Shown here in pieces: positions 33,215 to 48,157 of a stretch of 64,000 nt of DNA. Below the pieces are notes generated by a model that was not told the origin of the DNA, did not search any database, and saw only the letters and a list, made by a program, of their open reading frames with translations. The stretch lies in NCBI GenBank assembly GCA_964016885.1, contig OZ024745.1:7006001-7070000 (forward strand), given 5' to 3'. The position numbers and the translations under genes were made by a program. Source of the DNA: Eledone cirrhosa. Lineage: Eukaryota. The number at the start of each line of letters is the position of its first letter. Position 1 is the stretch's first letter.

Positions 33215-36200
33215 ATAGTATATATAGTATTGTATATAGTATATATAGTATTGCATAGTATATTTAGCATATATAGTATTGTATAGTATATATAGTATTG
33301 TATAGTATATATAGTATATATAGTATAATATAGTATATATAGTATTCTAAACAATATATATAGTATTTTATATTATATATAGTATTGTATAGTATATATA
33401 GTATTGTATAGTATATATAGTATTGTATAATATATATAGTATTGTATATAATATATATAGTATTTTATAGTATATATAGTATTTTATAGTATATATAGTA
33501 TTTTATAGTATATATAGTATTTTATAGTATATATAGTATTTTATAGTATATATAGTATTGTATAGTATATATAGTGCTATATACTATATATAGTATTGTA
33601 TACAGTATATATAGTATTGTATAGTATATAGAGTATTGTATATAGTATATAGAGTATTGTATATAGTATATAGAGTATTGCATACTATATATAGTATTGT
33701 ATAATATATATAGTATTGTATAATATATATAGTATTGTATAATATATATAGTATTTGTTATAGTATATATAGTATTGTATAGTATATATAGTATTGTATA
33801 GTATATATAGTATCGTATAGTATATATAGTATTGTATAGTATATATAGTATCGTATAGTATTGTATAGTATATATAGTATTGTATAGTATATATAGTATT
33901 GTATAGTATATATAGTATTGTATAGTATATATAGTATTGTATAGTATGTATAGTATTGTATAGTATATGTAGTATGTATAGTATTATATAGTATATATAG
34001 TATTGTATAGTATATATAGTATTGTATAGTATATAGAGTATTGTGTATAGTATATAGAGTATTGTATATAGTATGTATACTATTGTATAGTATATATAGT
34101 ATTGTATATAGTATATATAGTATTGTATACTATACATAATATATACTGTATATATAGTATTGTATACTATATATATTATATACTGTATATATATTATTGT
34201 ATAGTATATATAGTATTTTATTTTATAGTATATATAGTATTGTATAGTATATTTAGTATTGTATAGTATATTTAGTATTGTATAGTATATTTAGTATTGT
34301 ATAGTATATATAGTATTGTATAGTATATATATTATATTGTATAGTATATATATAGTATTGTATAGTATATATATAGTATTGTATAGTATATATATAGTAT
34401 TGTATAGTACATATAGTATTGTATAGTACATATAGTATTGTATAGTACATATAGTATTGTATAGTACATATAGTATTGTATTGTATATATAGTATTGTAT
34501 AGTATTGTATAGTATATATTGTATTGTATAGTATATAGTATTGTATAGTATATATATAGTATTGTATAGTACATATAGTATTGTATAGTATATATTGTAT
34601 TGTATAGTATGTATTGTATTGTATAGTATATATTGTATTGTATAGTATATATTGTATTGTACACTATATGTAGTATTGTATAGTATATATAGTATTGTAT
34701 AGTATATATAGTATTGTATAGTATATATAGTATTGTATAGTATATATAGTATTGTATAGTATATATAGTATTGTATATAGTATATATAGTATTGTATATA
34801 GTATATATAGTATTGTATATAGTATATATAGTATTGTATATAGTATATATAGTATTGTATATAGTATATATAGTCTTGTATATTGTATATATAGTATTGT
34901 ATATAGTATTGTATATAGTATTGTATATAGTATATATAGTATTGTATATAGTATATATAGTATTTTATATAGTATATATAGTATTTTATATAGTATATAT
35001 AGTATTTTATATAGTATATATAGTATTGTATATAGTATATATAGTATTGTATATAGTATATATAGTATTGTATATAGTATATATAGTATTGTATATAGTA
35101 TATATAGTATTGTATATAGTATATATAGTATTGTATATAGTATATATAGTATTGTATATAGTATATATAGTATTGTATATAGTATATATAGTATTGTATA
35201 TAGTATATATAGTATTGTATATAGTATATATAGTATTGTATATAGTATATATAGTATTGTATATAGTATATATAGTATTGTATATAGTATATATAGTATT
35301 GTATAGTATATATAGTATTGTATAGTATATATAGTATTGTTTCGTATATATAGTATTGTATAGTATATATATTATTGTATAGTATATATAGTATTGTCTA
35401 GTGTATATAGTATTGTCTAGTATATATAGTATTGTATAGTATATATAGTATTGTATAGTATATATAGTATTGTATAGTATATATAGTATTGTATATTGTA
35501 TATATAGTATTGTATATTGTATATATAGTATTGTATAATGTATATATAGTATTGTATAATGTATATATAGTATTGTATAATGTATATATAGTATTGTATA
35601 ATGTATATATAGTATTGTATAATGTATATATAGTATTGTATAATGTATATAAAGTATTGTATAGTATATATAGTATTGTATATAGTATATATAATATTGC
35701 ATAGTATATATAGTACATATAGTATTGTATATAGTATTGCATAGTATATATAGTACATATAGTATTGTATATAGTATATATAGTATTGTATATAGTATAT
35801 ATAGTATTGTATATATTATATATAGTATGGTATATATAATATATAGTATTGTATATAGTATATATAGTATTGTATATAGTATATATAGTATTGTATATAG
35901 TATATATAGTATTGTATATAGTATATATAGTATTGTATATAGTATATATAGTATTGTATATAGTATATATAGTATTGTATATAGTATATATAGTATTGTA
36001 TATAGTATATATAGTATTGTATATAGTATATATAGTATTGTATATAGTATATATAGTATTGTATATAGTATATATAGTATTGTATATAGTATATATAGTA
36101 TTGTATGTAGAGTATATAGTATTGTATGTAGAGTATATAGTATTGTATATAGTATATATAGTATTGTATATAGTATATTTAGTATTGTATATAGTATATA

Positions 36201-37713
36201 TAGTACTGTATATAGTATATATAGTATTGTATATAGTATATATAGTATTGTATATAGTATATATAGTATTGTATATAGTATATATAGTATTGTATATAGT
36301 ATATATAGTATTGTATATAGTATTGTATAGTATATATAGTATTGTATAGTATATATAGTATTGTATAGTATATATAGTATTGTATAGTATATATAGTATT
36401 GTATAGTATATATAGTATTGTATAGTATATATAGTATTGTATACTTTATATAGTATATATAGTATTGTATACTATATATAGTATTGTATACTATATATAG
36501 TATATATAGTATATTTAGTATAGTGTATGGTATATATAGTATTGTATTTGGTATATATAGTATTGTATATAGTATATATAGTATTGTATATAGTATATAT
36601 AGTATTGGATATAGTATATATAGTATTGTATATAGTATATATTGTATTGTATATAGTATATATTGTATTGTATATAGTATATATTGTATTGTATATTGTA
36701 TATATAGTATTGTATATAGTATATATTGTATTGTATATTGTATGTATAGTATTGTATATAGTATGTATAGTATTGTATATAGTATATATAGTATTGCATA
36801 GTATATATAGTATTGCATAGTATATATAGTATTGCATCGTATATATAGTATTGCATCGTATATATAGTATTGCATCGTATATATAGTATTTATATAGTAT
36901 ATAGAGTATTTATATAGTATATATAGTATTGCATAGTATATATAGTATTGCATAATATTGCATAGTATATATAGTATTGCATAGTATATATAGTATTGCA
37001 TAGTATATATAGTATTGCATAGTATATATAGTATTGTGTAGTATATATAGTATTGTGTAGTATATATAAGATTGTATAGTATATATAAGATTGTATAGTA
37101 TATATAAGATTGTATAGTATATATAAGATTGTATAGTATATATAAGATTGTATAGTATATATAGTATTGTATATAGTATTGTATATTATATATAGTATTG
37201 TATAGTATATATAGTATTGTATAGTATATATAGTATTGTATAGTATTGTATAGTATATATAGTATTGTGTAGTATATATAGTATTGTATAGTATATATAG
37301 TATTGTATAGTATATATAGTATTGTATAGTATATATAGTATTGTATCGTATATATAGTATTGTATAGTATTGTATAGTATATATAATATTGTATAGTATA
37401 TATATTATTGTATAGTATATATAATATTGTATAGTATATATCGTATAGTATATATAGTATTGTATAGTATTGTATAGTATATATAGTATTGTATAGTATA
37501 TATAGTATTGTATAGTATATATAGTATTGTATAGTATATATAGTATTGTATAGTATATATAGTATTGTATAGTATATATAGTATTGTATAGTATTGTATA
37601 GTATATATAGTATTGTATATAGTATATATAGTATTGTATATAGTATATATAGTATTGTATATAGTATATATAGTATTGTATATAGTATATATAGTATATA
37701 TAGTATTGTATAG

Positions 37714-37771
37714 AGTGTTCCTTCTCCTAGAATTCTGCCTTGACAAAGGCTAAGGGGTCATCTCTCCCAGC
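37714..37771. repeat. 58-bp island A, copy 4 (AGTGTTCC variant)
   Basis: Identical to copy 3; offset 4557 bp. Confidence 0.92.
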
Positions 37772-40700
37772 ATAGTATATATAGTATTGTATATAGTATA
37801 TATAGTATTGCATAGTATATTTAGCATATATAGTATTGTATAGTATATATAGTATTGTATAGTATATATAGTATAATATAGTATATATAGTATAATATAG
37901 TATATATAGTATTCTATACAATATATATAGTATTTTATATTATATATAGTATTGTATAGTATATATAGTATTGTATAGTATATATAGTATTGTATATAAT
38001 ATATATAGTATTTTATAGTATATATAGTATTTTATAGTATATATAGTATTTTATAGTATATATATTATTTTATATTATATATAGTATTTTATAGTATATA
38101 TAGTATTGTATAGTATATATAGTGTTGCATACTATATATAGTATTGTATACAGTATATATAGTATTGTATAGTATATAGAGTATTGTATATAGTATATAG
38201 AGTATTGCATACTATATATAGTATTGTATAATATATATAGTATTTTTTATAGTATATATAGTATTGTATACTATATATAGTATTGTATATTATATATAGT
38301 ATCGTATAGTATATATAGTATTGTATAGTATATATAGTATCGTATAGTATATATAGTATCGTATCGTATAGTATATATAGTATCGTATAGTATATATAGT
38401 ATTGTATAGTATATATAGTATATATAGTATGTATAGTATTGTATAGTATATATAGTATATATAGTATTGTATAGTATATAGAGTATTGTATATAGTATAT
38501 ATATTATTGTATAGTATACAGAGTATTGTATATAGTATGTATAGTATTGTATAGTATATATAGTATTGTATATAGTATATATAGTATTGTATACTGTATA
38601 TAATATATACTGTATATATAGTATTGTATATTATATATATTATATACTGTATATATATTATTGTATAGTATATAAAGTATTTTATAGTATATATAGTATT
38701 TTATAGTATATATAGTATTGTGTAGTATTTTATAGTATATATAGTATTGTATAGTATATTTAGTATTGTATAGTATATTTAGTATTGTATAGTATATATA
38801 GTATTGTATAGTATATATAGTATTGTATAGTATATATAGTATTGTATAGTATATATATAGTATTGTATAGTATATATATAGTATTGTATAGTATATATAT
38901 AGTATTGTATAGTATATATATAGTATTGTATAGTATATATATAGTATTGTATAGTATATATATAGTATTGTATAGTATATATATAGTATTGTATAGTACA
39001 TATAGTATTGTATAGTACATATAGTATTGTATAGTACATATAGTATTGTATAGTACATATAGTATTGTATAGTACAGATAGTATTGTATATATAGTATTG
39101 TATAGTATATATTGTATTGTATAGGATATAGTATTGTATAGTATATATATAGTATTGTATAGTACATATAGTATTGTATAGTATATATTGTATTGTATAG
39201 TATGTATTGTATTGTATAGTATGTATTGTATTGTATAGTATGTATTGTATTGTATAGTATATATTGTATTGTATAGTATATATTGTATTGTATAGTATAT
39301 ATTGTATTGTATAGTATATATTGTATTGTATACTATATGTAGTATTGTATAGTATATATAGTATTGTATAGTATATATAGTATTGTATAGTATATATAGT
39401 ATTGTATAGTATATATATTATTGTACAGTATATATAGTATTGTATAGTATAAATAGTATTGTATATAGTATATATAGTATTGTATATAGTATATATAGTA
39501 TTGTATATAGTATATATAGTATTGTATAGTATATATAGTATTGTATATAGTATATATAGTATTGTATATAGTATATATAGTATTGTATATAGTATATATA
39601 GTATTGTATATAGTATATATAGTATTGTATATAGTATATATAGTATTGTATATAGTATATATAGTATTGTATATAGTATATATAGTATTGTATATAGTAT
39701 ATATAGTATTGTATATAGTATATATACTATTGTATATATTATATATACTATTGTATATAGTATATATAGTATGGTATATAGTATATATAGTATTGTATAT
39801 AGTATATATAGTATTGTATATAGTATATATAGTATTGTATAGTATATATAGTATTGTATAGTATATATTGTATAGTATATATAGTATTGTATAGTATATA
39901 TTGTATAGTATATATAGTATTGTATAGTATATATAGTATTGTCTAGTGTATATAGTATTGTCTAGTGTACATAGTATTGTCTAGTATATATAGTATTGTA
40001 TAGTATATATAGTATTGTATAGTATATATAGTATTGTATAGTATATATAGTATTGTATAGTATATATAGTATTGTATATAGTATATATAGTATTGTATAT
40101 AGTATTGTATAGTATATATATATATAGTATTGTATATAGTATATATATATATAGTATTGTATATAGTATATATATATATAGTATTGTATATAGTATATAT
40201 ATATATAGTATTGTATATAGTATATATATATATAGTATTGTATATAGTATATATATATAGTATTGTATATAGTATATATATATATATAGTATTGTATATA
40301 GTATATATATATATAGTATCGTATATAGTATATATATATAGTATTGTATAGTATGTATAGTTTTCTATAGTATATATAGTATTGTATAGTATATATAGTA
40401 TTGTATATAGTAAATATAGTATTGTATATAGTATATATAGTATTGTATATAGTATATATAGTATTGCATATAGTATTGTATATAGTATATATAATATTGT
40501 ATATAGTATATATAGTATTGTATATAGTATATATAGTATTGTATATAGTATATATAGTATTGTATATAGTATATATAGTATTGTATATAGTATATATAGT
40601 ATTGTATATAGTATATATAGTATTGTATATAGTATATATAGTATTGTATATAGTATATATAGTATTGTATATAGTATTGTATATATTATATATAGTATTG

Positions 40701-43700
40701 TATATAGTATATATAGTATTGTATATATAGTATATATAGTATTGTATATATAGTATATATAGTATTGTATATATAGTATTGTATATATAGTATATATAGT
40801 ATTGTATATAGTATATATAGTATTGTATATAGTATATATAGTATTGTATATAGTATATAGTATATATAGTATTGTATATAGTATATATAGTATTGTATAT
40901 AGTATTGTATATAGTATTGTATATAGTATATATAGTATTGTATATAGTATATATAGTATTGTATATAGTATATATAGTATTGTATATAGTATATATAGTA
41001 TTGTATATAGTATATATAGTATTGTATATATTATATATAGTGTTGTATATAGTATATATAGTATTGTATAGTATATATAGTATTGTATAGTATATATAGT
41101 ATTGTATAGTATATATAGTATTGTATATATAGTATTGTATATAGTATATATAGTATTGTATATAGTATATATAGTATATATAGTATTGTATATAGTATAT
41201 ATAGTACTGTATAGTATATATAGTATTGTATAGTATATATAGTATTGTATATAGTATATATAGTATTGTATATAGTATTGTATTTGGTATATTTATTATT
41301 GTATATATTATATATAGTATTGTATGTATTGTATTGTATATAGTATATATTGTATTGTATATAGTATATATTGTATTGTATATAGTATATATTGTATTGT
41401 ATATAGTATATATTGTATTGTATATAGTATATATTGTATTGTATATAGTATATATTTTATCGTATATAGTATATATTTTATCGTATATAGTATATATCGT
41501 ATTTTATATAGTATTGCATATAGTATATATGGTATTGTATATAATATATATAGTATTGTATATAGTACATATAGTATTGTATATAGTATATATAGTATTG
41601 TATATAGTATATATAGTATTGTATATAGTATATATAGTATTGTATATAGTATATATAGTATTGTATATAGTATATATAGTATTGTATATAGTATATATAG
41701 TATTGTATATAGTATATATAGTATTGTATATAGTATATATAGTATTGTATATAGTATATATAGTATTGTATATAGTATATATAGTATTGTATATAGTATT
41801 GTATATATTATATATAGTATTGTATATATTATATATAGTATTGTATATATTATATATAGTATTGTATATAGTATATATAGTATTGTATATATAGTATATA
41901 TAGTATTGTATATATAGTATATATAGTATTGTATATATAGTATATATAGTATTGTATATATAGTATATATAGTATTGTATATATAGTATTGTATATAGTA
42001 TATATAGTATTGTATATAGTATTGTATATAGTATATATAGTATTGTATATAGTATATATAGTATTGTATATAGTATATATAGTATTGTATATAGTATATA
42101 TAGTATTGTATATAGTATATATAGTATTGTATATATTATATATAGTATTGTATAGTATATATAGTATTGTATAGTATATATAGTATTGTATATATAGTAT
42201 TGTATATAGTATATATAGTATTGTATATAGTATATATAGTATTGTATATAGTATATATAGTATTGTATATAGTATTGTATATATTATATATAGTATTGTA
42301 TATATTATATATAGTATTGTATATAGTATATATAGTATTGTATATATAGTATATATAGTATTGTATATATAGTATATATAGTATTGTATATATAGTATAT
42401 ATAGTATTGTATATATAGTATTGTATATAGTATATATAGTATTGTATATAGTATATATAGTATTGTATATAGTATATATAGTATTGTATATAGTATTGTA
42501 TATAGTATTGTATATAGTATATATAGTATTGTATATAGTATATATAGTATTGTATATAGTATATATAGTATTGTATATAGTATATATAGTATTGTATATA
42601 GTATATATAGTACTGTATAGTATATATAGTATTGTATAGTATATATAGTATTGTATATAGTATATATAGTATTGTATATAGTATTGTATTTGGTATATTT
42701 ATTATTGTATATATTATATATAGTATTGTATGTATTGTATTGTATATTGTATGTATTGTATTGTATATAGTATATATTGTATTGTATATAGTATATATTG
42801 TATTGTATATAGTATATATTGTATTGTATATAGTATATATTGTATTGTATATAGTATATATTGTATTGTATATAGTATATATTGTATTGTATATAGTATA
42901 TATTGTATTGTATATAGTATATATTGTATTGTATATAGTATATATTTTATCGTATATAGTATATATTTTATCGTATATAGTATATATCGTATTTTATATA
43001 GTATTGCATATAGTATATATGGTATTGTATATAATATATATAGTATTGTATATAGTACATATAGTATTGTATATAGTATATATAGTATTGTATATAGTAT
43101 ATATAGTATTGTATATAGTATATATAGTATTGTATATAGTATATATAGTATTGTATATAGTATATATAGTATTGTATATAGTATATATAGTATTGTATAT
43201 AGTATATATAGTATTGTATATAGTATATATAGTATTGTATATAGTATATATAGTATTGTATATAGTATATATAGTATTGTATATAGTATATATAGTATTG
43301 TATATAGTATATATAGTATTGTATATAGTATATATAGTATTGTATATAGTATATATAGTATTGTATATAGTATATATAGTATTGTATATAGTATATATAG
43401 TATTGCATAGTATATATAGTATTGCATAGTATATATCGTATTGTATAGTATATATAAGAGTGTATAGTATATATAGTATTGTATATAGTATATATAGTAT
43501 CGTATATAGTATTGTATATAGTATATATAGTATTGTATATAGTATATATAGTATTGTATATAGTATATATAGTATTGTATATAGTTTATATAGTATTGTA
43601 TATAGTTTATATAGTATTGTATATAGTATTGTATATAGTATTGTATATAGTATTGTATATAGTATATATAGTATTGTATATAGTATATATAGTATTGTAT

Positions 43701-45768
43701 ATAGTATATATAGTATTGTATATAGTATATATAGTATTGTATATAGTATATATAGTATTGTATATAGTATATATAGTATTGTATATAGTATATATAGTAT
43801 TGTATATAGTATATATAGTATTGTATATAGTATATATAGTATTGTATATAGTATATATAGTATTGTATATAGTATATATAGTATTGTATATAGTATATAT
43901 AGTATTGTATATAGTATATATAGTATTGTATATAGTATATATAGTATTGTATATAGTATATATAGTATTGTATATAGTATATATAGTATTGTATATAGTA
44001 TATATAGTATTGTATAGTATATATAGTATTGTATAGTATATATAGTATTGTATAGTATATATAGTATTGTATAGTATATATAGTATTGTATAGTATATAT
44101 AGTATTGTATATAGTATATATTGTATTGTATATAGTATATATTGTATTGTATATAGTATATATTGTATTGTATATAGTATATATTGTATTGTATATAGTA
44201 TATATTGTATTGTATGTAGTATATTTAATATTGCATAGTATATATAGTATTGTATAGTATATATTGTATAGTATATATTGTATAGTATATATAGTATTGT
44301 ATAGTATATATAGTATTGTATAGTATATATAGTATTGTATATTATATATAGTATTGTATAGTATTGTCTAGTATATTTCGTATTGTATAGTATATATAGT
44401 ATTGTATATAGTATATATAGTATTGTATATAGTATATATAGTATTGTATATAGTATTGTATATAGTATCATATATAGTATTGTATAGTATGTATTGTATA
44501 GTATTGTATAGTATATATAGTATTGTATAGTATATATAGTATTGTATAGTATATATAGTATTGTATAGTATATATAGTATTGTATATAGTATATATAGTA
44601 TTGTATATAGTATATATAGTATTGTATATAGTATATATAGTATTGTATATAGTATATATAGTATTGTATATAGTATTGTATATAGTATTGTATATAGTAT
44701 TGTATATAGTATTGTATATAATATTGTATATAGTATTGTATATAATATTGTATATAGTATTGTATATAGTATATATATTATTGTATATAGTATATATAGT
44801 ATTGTATATAGTATATATAGTATTGTATATAGTATATATAGTATTGTATATAGTATATATAGTATTGTATATATAGTATATATAGTATTGTATATATAGT
44901 ATTGTATATATAGTATATATAGTATTGTATATATAGTATATATAGTATTGTATATATAGTATATATAGTATTGTATATATAGTATATATAGTATTGTATA
45001 TATAGTATAGTATATATAGTATTGTATATATAGTATTGTATATATAGTATTGTATATATAGTATTGTATATATAGTATAGTATATATAGTATTGTCTATA
45101 TAGTATAGTATATATAGTATTGTCTATATAGTATAGTATATATAGTATTGTATATATAGTATTGTATATATAGTATAGTATATATAGTGTTGTATATATA
45201 GTATTGTATATATAGTATATATAGTATTGTATATATAGTATATATAGTATTGTATATATAGTATATATAGTATTGTATATATAGTATATATAGTATTGTA
45301 TATATAGTATATATAGTATTGTATATATAGTATATATAGTATTGTATATATAGTATTGTATATAGTATTGCATAGTATTTATATTATATATAGTATCGTC
45401 TGTGTAAAGTATACATCGGTTTTAAAAATGATAGTGCAGGGGGGATCTATCTTGAGAGGACTGTTGTAATGGCAGCTCTTTGATTGAGTAACTGGAATAG
45501 TTCTCGGTTTCGCAGCTGCGGGATTTAATGGCAAGGAATGTTGATTAGAGAGAAATCAAGAAATGTACGGAGTAAAATGGAGTGGATTGGGTTAATGCTT
45601 TTACTGCGAATTTGTATTGAGTATTAAATATGTGTGTGTGTGGTGGGGGATGGCGGTGTGTGTGTGTAGGATATTGCCTTCTAATTAGATAACCGGTGTT
45701 TAAACAAACTCGCCGACATAAAGCTATTTCACCATTATAACGTCATCATTCTTTAGTGGATCTTACAA

Positions 45769-46476
45769 GGGAGGGAGAGAGAGAGGGGCTGATGGAAGAG
45801 AGAGAGGGGCTGATGGAAGAGAGAGAGGGGCTGATGGAAGAGAGAGAGGGGCTGATGGAAGAGAGAGAGGGGCTGATGGAAGAGGGAAGGTGGGAGAGAG
45901 ATAGAGAGAGAGAGAGGGGCTGATGGAAGAGGGAAGGTGGGAGAGAGGGCGAGATAGAGAGAGAGGGGCTGATGGAAGAGGGAGTGGGGCTGATGGAAGA
46001 GGGAATGTGTGAGAGGGAGAGGCTGATGGAAGAGGGAAGGTGGGAGAGAGAGAGAGGGGGGCTGATGGAAGAGGGAAGGTGTGAGAGGCTGGTGGGAGAG
46101 AGAGAGGGGCTGGTGGATAGAGAGGGAGTGGGGCTGATGGAAGAGGGAAGGTGTGAGAGAGAGAGGGGCTGATGGGAGAGAGAGAGGGAGTGGGGCTGAT
46201 GGAAGAGGGAAGGTGTGATAGAGAGAGAGAGAGGCTGATGGAAGAGGGGAGGTGGGAGAGAGAGAGGGAGTGGGGCTGATGGAAGAGGGAAGGTGTGAGA
46301 GGGAGAGATAAAGAGAGGCTGATGGAAGAGGGGAGGGAGAGAGAGGGGCTGATGGAAGAGGGAAGGTGGGAGAGATAGAGAGAGAGGGGCTGGTGGAAGA
46401 GGGGAGAGAGAGGGAGAGATAAAGAGAGGCTGATGGAAGAGGGAAGGTGGGACAGAGAGATAGAGAGGGAGAGAGG
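45769..46476. repeat. Purine-rich minisatellite, core GAGAGGGGCTGATGGAAGAGA (21 bp) degenerating rightwards
   Basis: Perfect 21-bp units from 45781, then variants containing GGGAAGGTGGGAGAG. Confidence 0.92.
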
Positions 46477-46550
46477 TGTTTACATAGTTTCTAAGGATTA
46501 AGGAGAGTTGAGGGCAGAAACTTTATCGGCTGATTTTCTCTTTCATCAAT

Positions 46551-47082
46551 TTCTCTCTCCTCTCCCCCCCCCCCCCCCTCCCCCCCCCCCCTCTCTCTCC
46601 CCCTCTCTCCCTCTTTCTTCACACTCCCCCCTCTCTCTCTCTCTCCCTCCCCCTCTCTCCCTCTTTCTTCACACTCCTCTCTCTCTCTCTCTTTTTATCT
46701 TGTAATCTCTTTCTTCCCGTCTTCAATATCTTGCTTTCATTTTGTCTCCTTCTTCTTCTCCTTCCCACTTCTCCTCCCTCTCTCTCTCTCTCCCACACAC
46801 ACACACCTCTTCCCTCTCCCACACACACACCTCTTCCCTCTCCCCCCCCCCCACACACACACCTCTTCCCTCTCCCACACACACACCTCTTCCCTCTCCC
46901 CCACACACACCTCCTTCCTCTCTCTCTCCCACACACACACCTCCTCCATCTCTCTCCCATACACACACACCTCCTCCATCTCACTCTCACTCACAAACTT
47001 GCTCCCTTTCTCTCTCCCCCATATAAACGTGCTCCCTCACACTCTCTCTTCCTCCACAGTTTCCCTCTCTTTCTCCTCCTTT
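46551..47082. repeat. Pyrimidine-rich low-complexity tract, (CT)n/(CA)n/poly-C
   Basis: CCTCTTCCCTCTCCCACACACACA-type units and poly-C runs. Confidence 0.9.
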
Positions 47083-47136
47083 TTTGCTGGTTTATCCCAG
47101 ACCCTTTTATTTTCTGCTCACATTTATTTAAATTCT

Positions 47137-47138
47137 TA

Positions 47139-47214
<76 letters not shown>
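47137..47214. repeat. (TA)n microsatellite
   Basis: Near-pure TA run. Confidence 0.95.
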
Positions 47215-47218
<4 letters not shown>

Positions 47219-47548
47219 ATACAATAACAGAGATAGCCTAACGCTAAACTCCGACTGGTAACCATCTCACTCAACAAACATTAGGTTATATGTTAGTATA
47301 ATCCAATTTAAGTGTTTGGGGTGCTAACTATATGTATTTTGTGGAAAGCCAGTTGTATTATTTTATGAGATATAATTAAAGTTAAAATATATCTCTCTTT
47401 CCAAACAATTGTTTCATTATAAGTTTTCTACAAATTGGGAGAATGTTTCCAGTTTATGTAGAAGCCTAACATATATTCATGTAAGAATATATTTAGGTGG
47501 GCACTTATAAATCTTCAGTGGAAGCCCATTAAACTTTGATATAAGAAA
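47212..47548 (-). mobile_element. 337-bp hammerhead-bearing pLTR-like repeat, copy 1 (Penelope/retrozyme type)
   Basis: Matches 51552-51888 with 3 substitutions; abuts (TA)n; contains a type I hammerhead on the minus strand. Confidence 0.8.
47399..47523 (-). ncRNA. Type I hammerhead ribozyme with long stem II insert
   Basis: Minus strand reads TTCCA-CTGAAGA-T.TTATAAG...CTTATAA.T-GAAA-CAATTG-TT-TGGAA. Stem I is 5 bp, stem II 7 bp, stem III is palindromic and the cleavage triplet is GUU. Confidence 0.78.
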
Positions 47549-47710
47549 AAATTCTTACCGCAGTTAAAAATCGTGTCTGCTAAGCTGTTCCTTCACGCAT
47601 CGAATGACCGCCAAATTTGAAATTCCAGCAGTCTTTTGACTGAGCAAGTTTCATAGCGTCACGAAGCGGGAAAGGGAGACAACCACGATACACGAGAAAA
47701 GAAAAAAATA

Positions 47711-48152
47711 ATATACACTCGGGTTAATTAGTTTTTTCAAAAACATTATCAATCCAACGTGTTAAGAACTCAATTGAAATTTAAAAAAATAAATGCATGC
47801 GTGTATTAATTACACACGCATATAGATATTTTCTTAGGCTAAAAACAGAAGTGATACCAAAATAACAAACCGCATCACATCACCGCAGCAAATACGGAAG
47901 GTTACGCTTTAAAGGCGATTGGGAATGTAAATCTCTGGCCAAATTAAGAGTAAAATATTAAATACACGCGGGTTAATTAGTTATTTAAAACTATTATCAA
48001 TTCCACGTGTTAAGAACTCAATTAATTTTTAAAAAATAGATGGATGCATGTAATTATTTACACACGCATATATATATTTTCTTAGGCTAAAAACAGAGAA
48101 GTGACAACCAAAAAATCTCCATATCTCACAACAGTAACAAATATGGAAAGTC
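47711..48152. repeat. Diverged tandem duplication, ~190-bp unit with ~250-bp period
   Basis: TACAC(T/G)CGGGTTAATTAGTT...GTGTTAAGAACTCAATT...ACACACGCATATA.ATATTTTCTTAGGCTAAAAACAG occurs at ~47711 and ~47961. Confidence 0.8.
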
Positions 48153-48157
48153 ATATA

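Larger units (their letters stand above)
1..45398. repeat. AT-rich satellite array, 19/21(23)-bp monomers TATTG-(TA)nG-(TA)mG, with kb-scale higher-order structure
   Basis: Continuous tandem TATTGTATAGTATATATAG (19 bp), TATTGTATATAGTATATATAG (21 bp) and (TA)-expanded variants from base 1. The plus strand is nearly C-free. The array ends at ...TAGTATCGTCTGTG near 45398. Confidence 0.98.

Noticed and set aside
4907-37771. CRISPR-like pattern of repeats interrupted by unique islands
   Set aside because: The islands are near-identical to each other and kb apart, the context is eukaryotic and there are no cas genes.
51-45373. Dozens of long Tyr/Ile-rich ORFs, up to 955 aa
   Set aside because: They are translations of the satellite. 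The minus strand is G-poor and rarely forms stop codons, so ORFs overlap in several frames with no domain content.
45399-45768. Possible exon or enhancer next to the satellite (CTAATTAG, TGTTTAAACAAA)
   Set aside because: There is no ORF or splice support, and short motifs like these are expected by chance.
45972-47241. Glu/Gly/Arg-rich and Pro/Ser/His-rich ORFs
   Set aside because: They are translations of GA/CT/CA low-complexity repeats.
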